A stretch of 64,000 bases of DNA. Source: an uncultured virus (IMG/VR IMGVR_UViG_2724679346_000005) (lineage: Duplodnaviria; Heunggongvirae; Uroviricota; Caudoviricetes). The position numbers and the translations under genes were made by a program. Shown here in pieces: positions 50,276 through 61,729 of this stretch (the stretch's first letter is position 1; every line of letters begins with the position of its first letter). Location: the IMG/VR virus record IMGVR_UViG_2724679346_000005; one strand, written 5' to 3'. The notes beneath the pieces were generated by a model, which ran no database searches, was not told the DNA's origin, and was given only the letters and a program-made list of their open reading frames with translations.

Positions 50276-50824
50276 TCAAGGTTCGAGCAAATCACTCCAG
50301 GCAGCGTTCAAATATTGGAACATTGACCAGAATGTCAGTACAGCAGCAATATAAAGTAAAACGAAACTGGCAAGTTCAACATTGTGGTCAGGGCGCCAAA
50401 GCAACCCAACAAGTGACCCCATTTGTGCCATCGTCTTTACCTTACCTACCCATGACACCGCAACGCTGCTGCGTTTGCCAATTTCTGCCATCCATTCTCT
50501 AAGAGACGAAATGATAATTTCCCGGGCGATCATCGTTGCAGCCGGTAATGTAATCCACCAAGAGTGGTAATGTTCAGCAACCAATACTAATGCAACGGCT
50601 ACCATAACTTTATCCGCTACAGGATCAAGGAAAGCACCAAAACGGGTTGTCTGTTTCCAACGTCGAGCTAAAAAGCCATCAAACCAATCGGTTGCCGCGG
50701 CAAACACAAATATGATGGCGCAAACCATCGGAGCCCAGACGAACGGCAAATAAAACGCCAGAACGAAGAATGGGATGAGCACAACACGGAACAAGGTAAG
50801 CCAAGTCGGTATATTCAATTGCAT
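50276..50824 (-). CDS. pgsA: Phosphatidylglycerophosphate synthase
   Basis: [21 protein letters not shown] motif; synteny. Confidence 0.97.
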   Translation of the reverse strand: MQLNIPTWLTLFRVVLIPFFVLAFYLPFVWAPMVCAIIFVFAAATDWFDGFLARRWKQTTRFGAFLDPVADKVMVAVALVLVAEHYHSWWITLPAATMIAREIIISSLREWMAEIGKRSSVAVSWVGKVKTMAQMGSLVGLLWRPDHNVELASFVLLYIAAVLTFWSMFQYLNAAWSDLLEP

Positions 50825-50882
50825 AATGCTACGATAACTATCTGGCTGGTGTGGACACTATGAGTATGGTGCAACATTAGCT

Positions 50883-52715
50883 TCAGTGTTTCAATGCATT
50901 GTGGATTTTTTCTGCCAATGCTTGTGAAATACCCGGCACTTTTGCAATTTCCTCGACGCTTGCGTTAAACAAAGGTTGTAGTCCACCCATATATTTCAAC
51001 AAAGCTTGCCGTCGTTTGGGGCCAACACCTTCTATCATTTCTAACGCACTGGTATTTTTTACTTTAGATCGCCGCTGCCGGTGCCCGGTTATCGCATGAT
51101 TATGAGAATCATCACGAATATGCTGGATCAGATGTAATGCTGGTGAATCTGGGGGTAAAGAAAAGCCCTCACCTTCTGATGCCAAGAATAATGTTTCTAA
51201 ACCCGCTTTGCGATCACTACCTTTCGCTACACCGACTAGCAATGGCTTTTGCTTATCCCACGGAACATTCAACGAGGCAAAAACATCAAAGGCCTGTGAC
51301 AACTGCCCCTTCCCACCGTCAATAAATATGACATCAGGAATTTTTTGATCGTCTAATGCTTTCCCATATCGACGTTTTAGTACTTGAGCCATCGCTGCAT
51401 AATCATCACCCGGCGTGATACCACTAATATTGTAGCGCCGATATTCAGATCGTACAGGACCATTCGCATCAAATACGACACAAGAGGCTACGGTCTGTTC
51501 CCCCATCGTATGGCTGATATCAAAACATTCCATACGATTAATTTCATCAAGCTTAAGGACCTTGGCTAATTCCTTCATGCGTTGATGAATAGTCGATTGC
51601 TGAGATAAGCGGGTTATCAATGCGGTTGAAGCATTGGTACGTGCTAACTTGAGATAACGCGCACGATCTCCTCGGGGGCGGCTTTGTATCTGAATTTTTC
51701 GCCCAGCCAGTTCAGAAAGAGAAGATGCCAACAGGTCTTTTTCTGTGAGGGTAAAATCCAGTAAAATTTCACCAGGCAATGTACGCCCTTGGCTTCCTTG
51801 CAAATAAAACTGCCCAACAAAAGTCTGAACGACTTCGCTCAACTCAGTACCCGCGGGAACTTTAGGGAAATAACTCCGGCTACCTAATACTTTCCCTAAT
51901 CTGATAAACAGTACATGGACACAAGCGAGCCCCGCATCAAATGCCACACCGATAACATCAAGATCTTCACTGTCGCCAGAAACAAACTGTTGTTCCGTTA
52001 CTCGACGCACAGCTTGGATTTGATCGCGAATCCGTGCTGCATCTTCAAAATGCAGTTGCTGGCTAGCCTCCTCCATACGGGTGATTAGCTGCGTCAAGAC
52101 TTGCTGATCTTTACCTGAGAGGAACAAGCGAACGTAATCAACTTGGCGCTGATACTCCTCTTCACTTACCAACCCCTCCACACAAGGCCCGGAACAACGC
52201 CCAATCTGATATTGTAGGCAAGGCCGTGAGCGATTGCGGTAAACACTATTCTCACATTGCCTTACTGGAAAAAGCTTCTGTAATAATGCCAACGTTTCAC
52301 GCACTGCATAGGAGTTTGGAAACGGCCCAAAATACTCCCCTTTCTCATGTTTTGCGCCACGGTGTACAGCAAGGCGCGGGTGCTCATCCGCACTCAAGAA
52401 AATAAGCGGATATGACTTATCATCACGTAGCAACACATTGTAACGTGGCTGATAAAGCTTGATGTAATTGTGCTCAAGCAACAATGCTTCCGTTTCAGTA
52501 TGCGTAACGGTGACATCAATTTGAGCAATATTTTTAACTAACGTTTCAGTTTTTCGGTTGGCGACCTGAGCACGAAAATAGCTCGTCAGACGCTTTTTGA
52601 GATCTTTTGCTTTACCGACATAAATAACTGTTCCTGCAGTATCGTACATCCGATAAACACCAGGCTGACTGGTAACAGTTTTCAAAAATTCTTTATAATC
52701 AAAAAGATCAGTCAC
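50883..52715 (-). CDS. uvrC: Excinuclease ABC subunit C
   Basis: GVY/YVGKAK GIY-YIG domain, ECFDISH, HhH; GTG start overlapping uvrY. Confidence 0.97.
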   Translation of the reverse strand: MTDLFDYKEFLKTVTSQPGVYRMYDTAGTVIYVGKAKDLKKRLTSYFRAQVANRKTETLVKNIAQIDVTVTHTETEALLLEHNYIKLYQPRYNVLLRDDKSYPLIFLSADEHPRLAVHRGAKHEKGEYFGPFPNSYAVRETLALLQKLFPVRQCENSVYRNRSRPCLQYQIGRCSGPCVEGLVSEEEYQRQVDYVRLFLSGKDQQVLTQLITRMEEASQQLHFEDAARIRDQIQAVRRVTEQQFVSGDSEDLDVIGVAFDAGLACVHVLFIRLGKVLGSRSYFPKVPAGTELSEVVQTFVGQFYLQGSQGRTLPGEILLDFTLTEKDLLASSLSELAGRKIQIQSRPRGDRARYLKLARTNASTALITRLSQQSTIHQRMKELAKVLKLDEINRMECFDISHTMGEQTVASCVVFDANGPVRSEYRRYNISGITPGDDYAAMAQVLKRRYGKALDDQKIPDVIFIDGGKGQLSQAFDVFASLNVPWDKQKPLLVGVAKGSDRKAGLETLFLASEGEGFSLPPDSPALHLIQHIRDDSHNHAITGHRQRRSKVKNTSALEMIEGVGPKRRQALLKYMGGLQPLFNASVEEIAKVPGISQALAEKIHNALKH

Positions 52716-53364
52716 TATTTGATAACGTCTCCGCATTAAATAAACCGTGGCGAATAGCCAAATGGGTTAATTCAACGTCACCACTAATATTGAGTTTACT
52801 GAACATACGGTAGCGATAACTATTAACCGTTTTCGGACTCAGATGAAGCTGTTCTGAGATCTCATTCACCTTTTGGCCTTTCGTTATCATTATCATTATT
52901 TGCAACTCACGCTCCGACAAACAGCTAAAAGGTGTTTCTGCTGGAGGCTCAAGCTGGCTCAGTGCCATTTGTTGTGCAATATCAGAAGCTATGTAACGTT
53001 GCCCAGCATGTACCATACGGATGGCGGTTATAACATCCTGCGGAGCAGCTCCTTTACTGAGATACCCCCCCGCCCCCGCTTGCATGACCTTTGCCGGTAA
53101 TGGATTCTCCGTATGAATGGTTAGCATTATAACTTTAGTATCCGGCGAAAAACGTAAAATTTTACGTGTTGCTTCCAACCCGCCAATACCGGGCATATTC
53201 ATATCCATCAGGACGATATCTACAACATGGCTACGGCACCATTTGACCGCATCTTCACCACACTGCATCTCACCCGCGACTTTGATACCTTTGATGTCGT
53301 CAAGAATGCGTCGTATCCCTGCGCGCACCAATTCGTGGTCATCAACAAGAAGAACGCTGATCAA
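52708..53364 (-). CDS. uvrY: UvrY/SirA/GacA response regulator
   Basis: Receiver domain plus LuxR HTH ([12 protein letters not shown]). Confidence 0.97.
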   Translation of the reverse strand: MISVLLVDDHELVRAGIRRILDDIKGIKVAGEMQCGEDAVKWCRSHVVDIVLMDMNMPGIGGLEATRKILRFSPDTKVIMLTIHTENPLPAKVMQAGAGGYLSKGAAPQDVITAIRMVHAGQRYIASDIAQQMALSQLEPPAETPFSCLSERELQIMIMITKGQKVNEISEQLHLSPKTVNSYRYRMFSKLNISGDVELTHLAIRHGLFNAETLSNSD

Positions 53365-54026
53365 AGAAATTTCTCCAGAAATAAGGGAGTAGACTAACCA
53401 TGCTTTGTTTACCGTAATGATATTACTTGTTTTCGTCCAAAGAATGAATACAGAATAATTGCAAAATCATATCTATATTGTTTGACAGATATTATTTTTA
53501 TCATTGTTTTAGTTATGTACATAAAATCTCAAACATATTGAGTTTACAACACGATAAAAAAGAAACGTATTTTTAAGATACTTCTTGGTTTGCATCTTCA
53601 TACATTCAAAAAACTAATTATTAGCATTAGATAAGTTAATTCCTATGAGGAAAAACACAATTCATTGATATAAATAGAGATTAAAAACCCATGCAATCCA
53701 AAAGTATAGGAATTATTCCCATATTTGTCTCATGGCTGTTTGTATTTTATTCGCTCGAAGTTACGCTAATTTTGATACAAATTATTTAATTCCTAAAAAA
53801 AACATCTGCTTTATGTGAACATTCGCTTAATTAGGAAAATACCTAGATGATGAATGTCACGATTTCCTTCCCCCTCTCTTTTTCTACAACGTGCCCAAAA
53901 AAGCAAGCATTGATACAGCAAAGAAAAATGATACACATACAAACAACGTGTCCGATCATTCTATGATATAATCTTGTAACTGTTTAATAATGCCACAAAT
54001 GTTCACTGCTAGCCTCCGGAGACAAA

Positions 54027-54243
54027 ATGAGTAATCCAGACTTTACGACTTCTGCTGATCCACAAATTTTAGCCAATGAAGTCGCATGCTTGAAAGCAAC
54101 CCTGACTCTGTTACTGAAAGCGATCGGCCAAGCCGATGCTGGGAAAGTAATCTTAAATATTGAGCGTTCTATCGCCGGTATAGAAGACGCTGCTCAAGCT
54201 GAAGTCTTCACAAATACACTTGCTCAAATTAAGAACGGCTACC
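54027..54243 (+). CDS. yecF: YecF-like (DUF2594) protein, cut by a gap about 2 codons before its end
   Basis: LANEVACLKA..GQADAG..QIKNGY; divergent from uvrY. Confidence 0.8.
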
Positions 54244-54246
54244 NNT

Positions 54247-54338
54247 ATACTCGTACTACTTTGTTTTACTTAGACTATTTTCCATGGTGCCCGGGGCGGG
54301 ACTTGAACCCGCACAGCCATAAGCCGAGGGATTTTAAA
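54247..54338 (-). repeat. att repeat: tRNA-Leu 3' part plus downstream flank
   Basis: 92-bp direct repeat of 49796-49887 with 1 mismatch, ending in the anticodon loop, adjacent to int. Confidence 0.9.
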
Positions 54339-54455
54339 AATTTGAGGCTATCTTTTAAAATCAACAAGTTAAGGTTGTTCAATGGGTTACAAATGCGTAT
54401 CGCTGCGTATGTTTGCGTGTGGCTAGTTTTTGCTGCCATCAAAACTGACAATTTT

Positions 54456-55459
54456 CTAATCGATAACTAACTTGTCATAAGAATTTAAAGCGATGGCCGC
54501 ATCTAAGTGATCGGGTGCAAAATGTGCATATCTCATCGTCATTAAAATAGTGCTATGGCCGAGAATTTGTTGCAGCACTAAAATGTTTCCGCCGCCCATC
54601 ATAAAGTGACTGGCAAAGGTATGCCTGAGTACGTGTGTGCGTTGCCCTTTAGGCAACTCAATAGCCGCCCTTTTCAATGCATGTTTAAATGCATCATAAG
54701 ATGGAGTGAATAAAGCACCGCGATTTTTTGGTATACGTTTAAATAGTTTCTCAGATATCGGTACGGTTCTGTTCTTTTTGCCCTTAGTATTAATGTAAGT
54801 CACACGGCTAGGTAATATCTGCGACTGTTTCATATCCTGTGCCTCTCCCCACCTGGCACCTGTAGCTAAACAGAGGCGAACGATGGTTCCCAGGCTTTTA
54901 TTTTCCGACTCATCACAGGAGACTAAAAGCCGCTTAATTTCATCTTGGGACAGAAAGGCCAGCTCTTGATCACCCTCGCTAAATTGGCGGATACCATCAA
55001 GCGGGTTACTTCCCTCCCATTCACCAAGGCGTTTTAATTCTGAAAATACAGCATGTAAGTATGATTGCTCACGGTTAACAGTGGCTTCTTTTACAACAGT
55101 ACGCCCTTTTGCTTGCCATTCACCATTCAGGCGGCGTTCCGATAAACAGCAAACATATTCTTATCGACATCTGCCGCTAAGGGGTCCCCCATTCTCTCAC
55201 AAATCGCCAATAGTTTAGCTTTACGGGACTCGCCAGAAGATAGGGTTTTACCGTGCATTTCATACCATCGCTCAACTAATTCATTAAGCGTTACCGCACT
55301 AATGCCCAGCCCCGTATCTTGTTTATTCACCATCATGCGACGTTCGTATGAAAGTGCTTCGCCTTTAGTGGCAAACTGTTTGCGTATACGCTTGTTATCA
55401 CGACCATAAGGGAAGCATTGGCAAAGCCATTTTCCTGACGGAAGTTTACTGACTGCCAT
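54456..55459 (-). pseudogene. int: 186/P2-type integrase with 1-nt frameshift at ~55139
   Basis: Adding one G (CGG GAA) joins ..FAVYR to ERRLNGEW..TGARWGEA..HVLRHTFASHF..LGH..YAH. Confidence 0.85.
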
Positions 55460-55839
55460 TAATCCTGCACCCACTGCATCATAATCATTAACATCATGGC
55501 GGTTGATTTGACACTTTGATTAGTGAAAATTTCTTTATTTTGAATTGGATCTGATTCTGGAGCAAAAGCATCATCAAGTTGTTTTGCTAATTCACTCGCG
55601 TAAGGTTTAAAATCATCAACCGATTTTATTTTTCTATTTATCTCAGGTGCTAATAGCTTTTTGCTGTATATCCCGGCGATAAAGTCAGCACAAGTTGCAA
55701 GTTTGTTTTCCGGCGTGGCTGTTTGCCATGTAAGCGCATTGGCTTCATGCAGGGTTCCCCCCGCATACCAATTTTCAGCAAATGCGTTATTTGTGAATAA
55801 GGCAAAAATAAGAAACGTCAGTGACAGTACCTTTTTCAT
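55459..55839 (-). CDS. Exported hypothetical protein
   Basis: Signal peptide MKKVLSL..AFA-E. Confidence 0.7.
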   Translation of the reverse strand: MKKVLSLTFLIFALFTNNAFAENWYAGGTLHEANALTWQTATPENKLATCADFIAGIYSKKLLAPEINRKIKSVDDFKPYASELAKQLDDAFAPESDPIQNKEIFTNQSVKSTAMMLMIMMQWVQD

Positions 55840-55907
55840 CGCTAGCCCTCGATAAGGTTAAGAAAATAATTAATTAAATATCACAATGTAAATAATTTGA
55901 GCGTGAG

Positions 55908-56327
55908 TTACTTACTAAATGTGACTATTAAAAGCGCAATTAAAAAACCTGAAGCAAATACGCCCCCTGAAAATATCGGGTAGTGGCGAAATGGTTTCTG
56001 CTCCCGATAAACAGCAAAAGTATTCTTGTCAAAATCAGTGACCAGTGGATCACCCAACCGTTCGCAGATAGCCTCTAACTTTACCTTTCGGGTTTTACCT
56101 GATGTTAAAGTCTGCCCGTGCATTTCATACCAACGACTAACTAAATTGCTGAGTTTCAATGTATTGCTCACAGAAACCTCAACAACCTGATCTTTCTGCA
56201 TCATACGGCGCTCAAATGAGAGCGCCTCGCCTTTAGTAGCAAACTGCTTACGAAGCCGCTCACCACGCCGTCCATTGGGATAACACTCACAAATCCATTT
56301 GCCAGTAGTTAATTTACGAACAGCCAC
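55908..56327 (-). pseudogene. Second, truncated integrase N-terminus with an unrelated hydrophobic tail
   Basis: RKQFATKGEA..RWYEMHG..FAVYREQ, then non-integrase sequence. Confidence 0.75.
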
Positions 56328-56347
56328 GTAGTTTTCCTCTTATGCCA

Positions 56348-58045
56348 TCAGGCAACAACCAATTCCTGTTCAGGATTGGCATCTAGTTGAGCCTGTCTAG
56401 CGAGAGCAAGGCTTTCCCTGTATTCGTACGCATCAGCTTTTAATGTCCAATGGGTTTCAATATGCATATCATCAAGTAGCGATTTAATATCTGACAACGA
56501 CACACTAAAGAACTCTTTGCGCTGATTAATTTTATTAAGCTGAGCCTGTTTGAATTTTCTATGAAGCGCATTTTCGAGGGTAGGTGCATCTTCACTATAA
56601 ATCATGGCGTGAACATCAAACGAGAATGGTACGCTTGCATCACCGAGTTCTTTTACACGATCCATCGGTTCTAAACGTCTGGTCATACCGATTTTAAATA
56701 CATCTTCACCAAAGGAACCAATATTACTAATTACATAGACATGGCCAGCTCGTGTTTGTTGAGCCATAGATATTGCACGTTGATTTTTTGCTTCTGCCTC
56801 TTCATATTTCTTCTGTAGCTCATCTAACTGCTGTTGTAACACAGCCCGCTGTTCATCATTTGCAGCTTGTAGATCCTTAGTTGCTTTTTCGATAGCCTGC
56901 ACTATCATTTTTTCTTCTTTTTCAGCATCTTTAATAGCTTTTTCATATTCCTTACGGGCTTTTTCTTCTTCCCTTAACTGTTCTTTAATTCTTCTTTGTT
57001 CTTCTTTTTCTTCTATGAGAATTTCATTTACAGCGACTGCCCATCGAAGCTCATTTAATCTTGCCTGCAAAAAAGTATCTGTTATTTTTGCATCTCTGAA
57101 TGCACCACCGTTAAAATTAACAAGCGAAAATGCATCTCTTATTTCTTGTGATAATTTGCCATAATTGTTATAGCGGACTTTTGCCATAACAGTATCAACC
57201 TTGCCATTAAAGGCATCTAGTATAAAATTGATTGCCGTATTACGTCTGTTTGGCTCAACATACTGGCAGCTTGCCGCTTTATCAGCGCGCATCAGCGTTC
57301 TGGTTAGTTCTCTCGCCTTTTTCAACTCATTGCCAGCATCTTTAAATGAATATTCTTCTGCTAATTCATCTAATATACTTCTATTAGGAATAATCCACTC
57401 ATCTCCATAGCCTTTTATTTTATTTTTCATTGCATTTGCTACTGACTCATACTTTTCAGCAAACTCTTTAGCCTCATACGCCGAACCTGCTATTTCTTTA
57501 GCCCTTTCTTCCGCATTATTCATTAAGCTAACTGCATTATCATTTGCATTACGGATAATTTCCTCAGCTTTTGTATGGGCCTCATCTAACTTCTCTTTTG
57601 CTTTAAGGCGAGTTTCGCGAACTTCGCGAGTAATTGCTATAGCCTCTTCACGCGCATTGCCCAGAGTCATTTGAGCTTGTTTATCAGCATTTATTATCGT
57701 TATCTCTGAATGCCTGTTTGCTTCATTAATTATTTTTGAAGACTTGTTATGAGCATCATGAAGTAGTTTTTTAACTGTTTCATTCGCATCTGAAATTATT
57801 TTATCTGCAAATAATTCCGCATTGTAAATCTCGGTATACTTCCATAAAGGAGCTGTATTTTCCTCTAACTCTATATACTTGTTATGTGAGGATGTCAGTT
57901 CACTTTTAAGATTTTCGATCTCTAACTTTATCTTTTCTTCATCAATTCTCAGTTGCTTGAGTAATTTCTGTTTTTTTATTATCAAATAAAACAGATATGG
58001 ACTAACCACCCCTAAAACAATAAGAACAATAAGTACGATTTCCAT
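56348..58045 (-). CDS. TM + coiled coil + DUF4041 + T5orf172/GIY-YIG-like protein
   Basis: AGHVYVISNIGSFGEDVFKIGMTRRLEPMDRVKELGDASVPF..RKEFF. Confidence 0.85.
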   Translation of the reverse strand: MEIVLIVLIVLGVVSPYLFYLIIKKQKLLKQLRIDEEKIKLEIENLKSELTSSHNKYIELEENTAPLWKYTEIYNAELFADKIISDANETVKKLLHDAHNKSSKIINEANRHSEITIINADKQAQMTLGNAREEAIAITREVRETRLKAKEKLDEAHTKAEEIIRNANDNAVSLMNNAEERAKEIAGSAYEAKEFAEKYESVANAMKNKIKGYGDEWIIPNRSILDELAEEYSFKDAGNELKKARELTRTLMRADKAASCQYVEPNRRNTAINFILDAFNGKVDTVMAKVRYNNYGKLSQEIRDAFSLVNFNGGAFRDAKITDTFLQARLNELRWAVAVNEILIEEKEEQRRIKEQLREEEKARKEYEKAIKDAEKEEKMIVQAIEKATKDLQAANDEQRAVLQQQLDELQKKYEEAEAKNQRAISMAQQTRAGHVYVISNIGSFGEDVFKIGMTRRLEPMDRVKELGDASVPFSFDVHAMIYSEDAPTLENALHRKFKQAQLNKINQRKEFFSVSLSDIKSLLDDMHIETHWTLKADAYEYRESLALARQAQLDANPEQELVVA

Positions 58046-58065
58046 TAACTCAACCTCCCATATTA

Positions 58066-58434
58066 CTAGTTATTGTTCGACTTCAATTGAGGCTTCGATT
58101 GCGCGAACGCATCGCCAACCGCCTGTATATTTAGCCTTGCCGAGTCATCCATTGCTCGGTAATTCTCTACTAGTTTCAGCTCTTCTGTAGAGATAGTATC
58201 TGGAGGGGTTCGTTTCCCCGTCAGTATATACATGACGTCTAAACCATACTGAGCATTCAACAATGCGAGTGTGGCAGCATCAGGTACGGTTTCCCCTCTC
58301 TCATATTTGCCCCAAGTTCTGGTTGAAACACCAAAATTTGTCGCCATAGCCTCTTGGCTTTCACCCGTTTTTTCCCTTTCTTCACGCAGTCGTGCGCCAA
58401 TTAGGAATAATAATTCCTCTTTTTTGTTTGGCAT
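58066..58434 (-). CDS. Immunity repressor (XRE HTH)
   Basis: IGARLREER..YERGETVPD..YILTG; divergent from early operon. Confidence 0.85.
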   Translation of the reverse strand: MPNKKEELLFLIGARLREEREKTGESQEAMATNFGVSTRTWGKYERGETVPDAATLALLNAQYGLDVMYILTGKRTPPDTISTEELKLVENYRAMDDSARLNIQAVGDAFAQSKPQLKSNNN

Positions 58435-58494
58435 GGGAACAATACTTCCTTAAATTGTGTTGTACAGGAACTTAGTGGATCACAATATACCATT

Positions 58495-58686
58495 ATGAAA
58501 CAAGTCAAACACGATCAACGCTCGCGATTACCGAAAGGAATTGCTTCAAAAAACCCGACCCATATGCGTTTGTCTGATGATGAGCGTGCAGAATTAGAAG
58601 CGCTCGCAGCAAAAGAAACTCGTTCAATTTCCAGTATGGCGCGTCTAGTTTACTTGCGTGGTATCACCGCTATTCAGGCTGATTGA
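58495..58686 (+). CDS. Small ribbon-helix-helix-like regulator
   Basis: HMRLSDDERAELEALAAKETRSISSMAR Arc/CopG-like pattern. Confidence 0.65.
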   Translation: MKQVKHDQRSRLPKGIASKNPTHMRLSDDERAELEALAAKETRSISSMARLVYLRGITAIQAD

Positions 58687-58698
58687 TAAGGGGGAATT

Positions 58699-58902
58699 AT
58701 GGGTAATGTCACCATTAATATCACCGTGCCCACGGGTTATGTCTCTCTGAAAGAATATGCCGCAATGACTGGTATCCCTTTTGCGACCTGTCGGGGAATG
58801 GTGCGTGATGGTCGGATTATTATTCGCCCGAAAGTTAAAGCTGGTGACAAAGTTGAAGTTAATTTGGTTGCTATGTTGAAAGATGCCATAGCCAATAGTT
58901 AG
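58699..58902 (+). CDS. Cox/Apl-like excisionase-repressor
   Basis: YVSLKEYAAMTGIP..RGMVRDGR..VNLVAM. Confidence 0.75.
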   Translation: MGNVTINITVPTGYVSLKEYAAMTGIPFATCRGMVRDGRIIIRPKVKAGDKVEVNLVAMLKDAIANS

Positions 58903-58913
58903 GGGAAAATACA

Positions 58914-59120
58914 ATGCACGCCTTAACCATTATTAGCCACCATTCATCTGCCTATCGTGGCTTTGTAATTACTCATCGGCCAAGAACTGCTATTAACCCC
59001 ATTGCTCGCTATGAAGTATTCCTGGGTGAACAGTCTTTCGGTTTACTTGACGCTCAAGCACTCGCCACCGGCTTCATTGATCAGTTGTATATCGAACGTA
59101 AAACGGGAGCCGCAGCATGA
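58914..59120 (+). CDS. P2-like early hypothetical protein
   Basis: YRGFVI..FGL.DA; SD present. Confidence 0.6.
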   Translation: MHALTIISHHSSAYRGFVITHRPRTAINPIARYEVFLGEQSFGLLDAQALATGFIDQLYIERKTGAAA

Positions 59121-59431
59121 AATCACCTTGCCTGCAGATAGCTAACGCCATACTGCGAACACACATGGCTGATATGGGAGAGTTAACCCGACGTGCGATA
59201 GAGGAAAATGGTGTTTTATCCCTTAAAGCTAATCTCCATGCTCGTGAAAAAAAAGCCATCACCAGCAGCACCCTTGCAGGCTTAAGTATGATTACCGCCA
59301 TAGCGTGGCAATTGCGTGAAAACAAATTAGCCACTTTCCACCAACTGAATGCCGCAACACAGCAATTTCGGGAGTCAGGCGTCATACCTCAATTTTTCAA
59401 TGAAGAGGTACAGACATGCCGGGGCAACTAA
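59117..59431 (+). CDS. Early hypothetical protein
   Basis: ATGA coupling, GGAG SD. Confidence 0.6.
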   Translation: MKSPCLQIANAILRTHMADMGELTRRAIEENGVLSLKANLHAREKKAITSSTLAGLSMITAIAWQLRENKLATFHQLNAATQQFRESGVIPQFFNEEVQTCRGN

Positions 59432-59562
59432 TTGAATTGACCAGCGGAGCATTAGCCGTGCTGGCCGTGCTTATCTGGCTTGCGTTTCTGTCTGCCCGCG
59501 CCGTGATCCGCGATCACCGCCGTCGCACCAATATCAAACGCAAAGCGCGCCAACACTCTTAA
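59416..59562 (+). CDS. Small single-TM protein (48 aa, not in track)
   Basis: GAGGT SD; MPGQLIELTSGALAVLAVLIWLAFLSARAVIRDHRRR.. Confidence 0.5.
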   Translation: MPGQLIELTSGALAVLAVLIWLAFLSARAVIRDHRRRTNIKRKARQHS

Positions 59563-59572
59563 GGAGAAAGGG

Positions 59573-59833
59573 ATGAAACAAGCATATTTCACATTGATTA
59601 ACGACCTGTTGCAGCAATACCACTTCAAGGCCGAAAACCTGCGCGCCGCTTCCGCTGTTGCCGACGAGGTGCGAATGTTTTCGCTAAATGATTACGCCTT
59701 TCGTCTAAGTGTCGGTCTGGAGGGTCTGTTAAGCACGGCGCAAGCATCCGGGGATCAGGACAGCGCTCAGGAATTAGAGCTGTTGGTGACTCAGTGTAAT
59801 TCCGGGGGTATTTCAGAGCCGACACATTATTGA
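59573..59833 (+). CDS. Early hypothetical protein
   Basis: AAGGAG SD, 86 aa. Confidence 0.6.
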   Translation: MKQAYFTLINDLLQQYHFKAENLRAASAVADEVRMFSLNDYAFRLSVGLEGLLSTAQASGDQDSAQELELLVTQCNSGGISEPTHY

Positions 59834-59860
59834 GTTAATTACTGTCATACCGAGAGGTGA

Positions 59861-60169
59861 ATGATGGGGCAAATTAATACGGACGGTTCGCCGCTTTCAA
59901 TGCAGGAATGGAATCAGAAAGTAGGTTTACGGCATTTAGACCGCATAAAGGAACTGTTTAAAAAGGATCCAGATGAAGAGTTTGAGCAGCGTTTGGAATC
60001 ATTGAGCAAAGGTAAAACAAAAGGCATTATTTATTATGCGGCTGGGATAAAGAAAGACAGCCATGAAAGAAAATTCCGTGAGTTGGAATATCATGAAAGA
60101 AAAGCAGTACGTAAAGCGGCGTTGGATTTATGGGTTGATTTAAATTCAATCCCGAAAGACTTGTTATAA
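59861..60169 (+). CDS. P2-like early protein (gpB/DUF5347-like)
   Basis: GL.HL..IK, IYYAAGI.K..H, P..L C-terminus. Confidence 0.55.
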   Translation: MMGQINTDGSPLSMQEWNQKVGLRHLDRIKELFKKDPDEEFEQRLESLSKGKTKGIIYYAAGIKKDSHERKFRELEYHERKAVRKAALDLWVDLNSIPKDLL

Positions 60170-60251
60170 ATAAATCGCATTTTAACGAGTGATTAAATAA
60201 GGCGTATTTACTGCGTCGGGCTTCCTATTATCTAAAATAAGGCCATACAAC

Positions 60252-61019
60252 ATGACAGAACAAAAAAACAACACTGCGCATATTACCATTTCATATTTGC
60301 GTGCTTTCATAAGTAGCAGTCCAGCTATCGCTTTATCAATGCTGACAAGAGAAAGAGCGCTTACCGATCTTGCGCAACTAGAAGGTATGTTAAATAGTCA
60401 ATCGGCCTCTATTAGCGCACTGAAAGAGCAGGTAAAAATTGCGTCTGGCGCTGCAATGAAAGCATCGGGCTATTTAGATTCAATAATAGCAGCGATTGAA
60501 ACGACAACACACGGTAAAAACTGCGCTGCCAATTACGCAGACGAGACTGCTTTCAATGTTATTTCAGCTATCCATAAAACTGAATCAGCCTATAGAGAAG
60601 CCTTGCGCACAGCGGAAGCATTCCAAAAGACAAGATTAAAAGTGGAACCTACCAGCGATCTATTCGATGCCCATTCATATGCATATTTTACCCATTACGC
60701 TCCCTCTCCTGGTATTTATGGACTTACCTCCCGTCGCTCAGGGAAGGCCACTTACGCGCAATATATGACAATTTCATCTGAAATCATTGATGAAGCTATC
60801 CGCGCCTCAAAAATACATCCCAAATGGCCGACTGATGTAGTTCACGCTGTCTCTATTCTCACCGAGGAATCAGGCGAGTTAATGAAAGCGGCTATTGAAT
60901 ACCATTATAACAATGGCGATATAGAAGCCGTCCGCGAGGAGGCTATCCAGACGGGTGCAATGGCTTTGCGTGTATTGATGAATATCGATAAATACAACCG
61001 TCCGTCTGACGAAAAATAA
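60252..61019 (+). CDS. Hypothetical protein with C-terminal MazG-like domain
   Basis: EESGELMKAA..REEAIQTGAMALR. Confidence 0.55.
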   Translation: MTEQKNNTAHITISYLRAFISSSPAIALSMLTRERALTDLAQLEGMLNSQSASISALKEQVKIASGAAMKASGYLDSIIAAIETTTHGKNCAANYADETAFNVISAIHKTESAYREALRTAEAFQKTRLKVEPTSDLFDAHSYAYFTHYAPSPGIYGLTSRRSGKATYAQYMTISSEIIDEAIRASKIHPKWPTDVVHAVSILTEESGELMKAAIEYHYNNGDIEAVREEAIQTGAMALRVLMNIDKYNRPSDEK

Positions 61020-61075
61020 ACACATATCCCTTTGGCGCATTGCGTTAGAGGGAGTTAATTTTTTAGGGGTGTGAA

Positions 61076-61729
61076 ATGAAAAATAATAAATTAGCTAAAG
61101 CCATTGAAGCATTTATTGCCGCAGTGAAAAAAACTGGCTTTAAAATCTATCAGGCTTTATGCCGCTACGGCGCACATAATCGTGCTAACAGATGGTTGAA
61201 ACGTAATTATCTTATTCTGGATACAGAAACAACGGGCCTTGGTAATGATGCTGAAATAATTGAAATCAGTATCATTGATTGTACTGGAAAGATATTACTG
61301 GATACGCTTGTTAAGCCATTAAAAGCCATTCCCGCAGAGGTAACCGCCATTCATGGAATTACTAATGAAATGGTGGCTGATGCACCAACGTGGCGAGATA
61401 TTCATTATCAATTCATGACGCTGACGAATGACCGTACTCTGCTTATTTACAATGCACTATTTGACTCTCGTTTAATTTTTCAAACGGCGGCTGCTAATAA
61501 TTGCCCGGTGCCAGAGAAAAAATATATTTTTGATGCCGAGTGCGTTATGGAAAGTTACGCCAAATATTACGGCCAGTGGGATCAGAAGCGGAATAAGTTT
61601 AAATGGCAACGGTTGAGTAATGCAGCCGAGCAACAAGGCGTTGTTATTGATGGTGTCGCACACCGTGCGCTTGCCGATTGCAAAACAACGCTAGGTATTA
61701 TCCGCGCTATGGCGGGGGTGAAGTCATGA
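61076..61729 (+). CDS. DEDDh 3'-5' exonuclease
   Basis: LDTETTG, YNALFD, HRALAD. Confidence 0.9.
   Translation: MKNNKLAKAIEAFIAAVKKTGFKIYQALCRYGAHNRANRWLKRNYLILDTETTGLGNDAEIIEISIIDCTGKILLDTLVKPLKAIPAEVTAIHGITNEMVADAPTWRDIHYQFMTLTNDRTLLIYNALFDSRLIFQTAAANNCPVPEKKYIFDAECVMESYAKYYGQWDQKRNKFKWQRLSNAAEQQGVVIDGVAHRALADCKTTLGIIRAMAGVKS

Noticed and set aside
52708..53364. Functional link between uvrY (Csr activator) and the nearby CsrA-like phage gene
   Set aside because: Proximity depends on uncertain scaffolding across gaps and on a common integration hotspot
54285..54338. Second tRNA-Leu gene
   Set aside because: Only the 3' part from the anticodon loop is present; it is an att duplicate
54244..54470. 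147-aa yecF read-through
   Set aside because: Crosses an NN junction into the att/tRNA fragment
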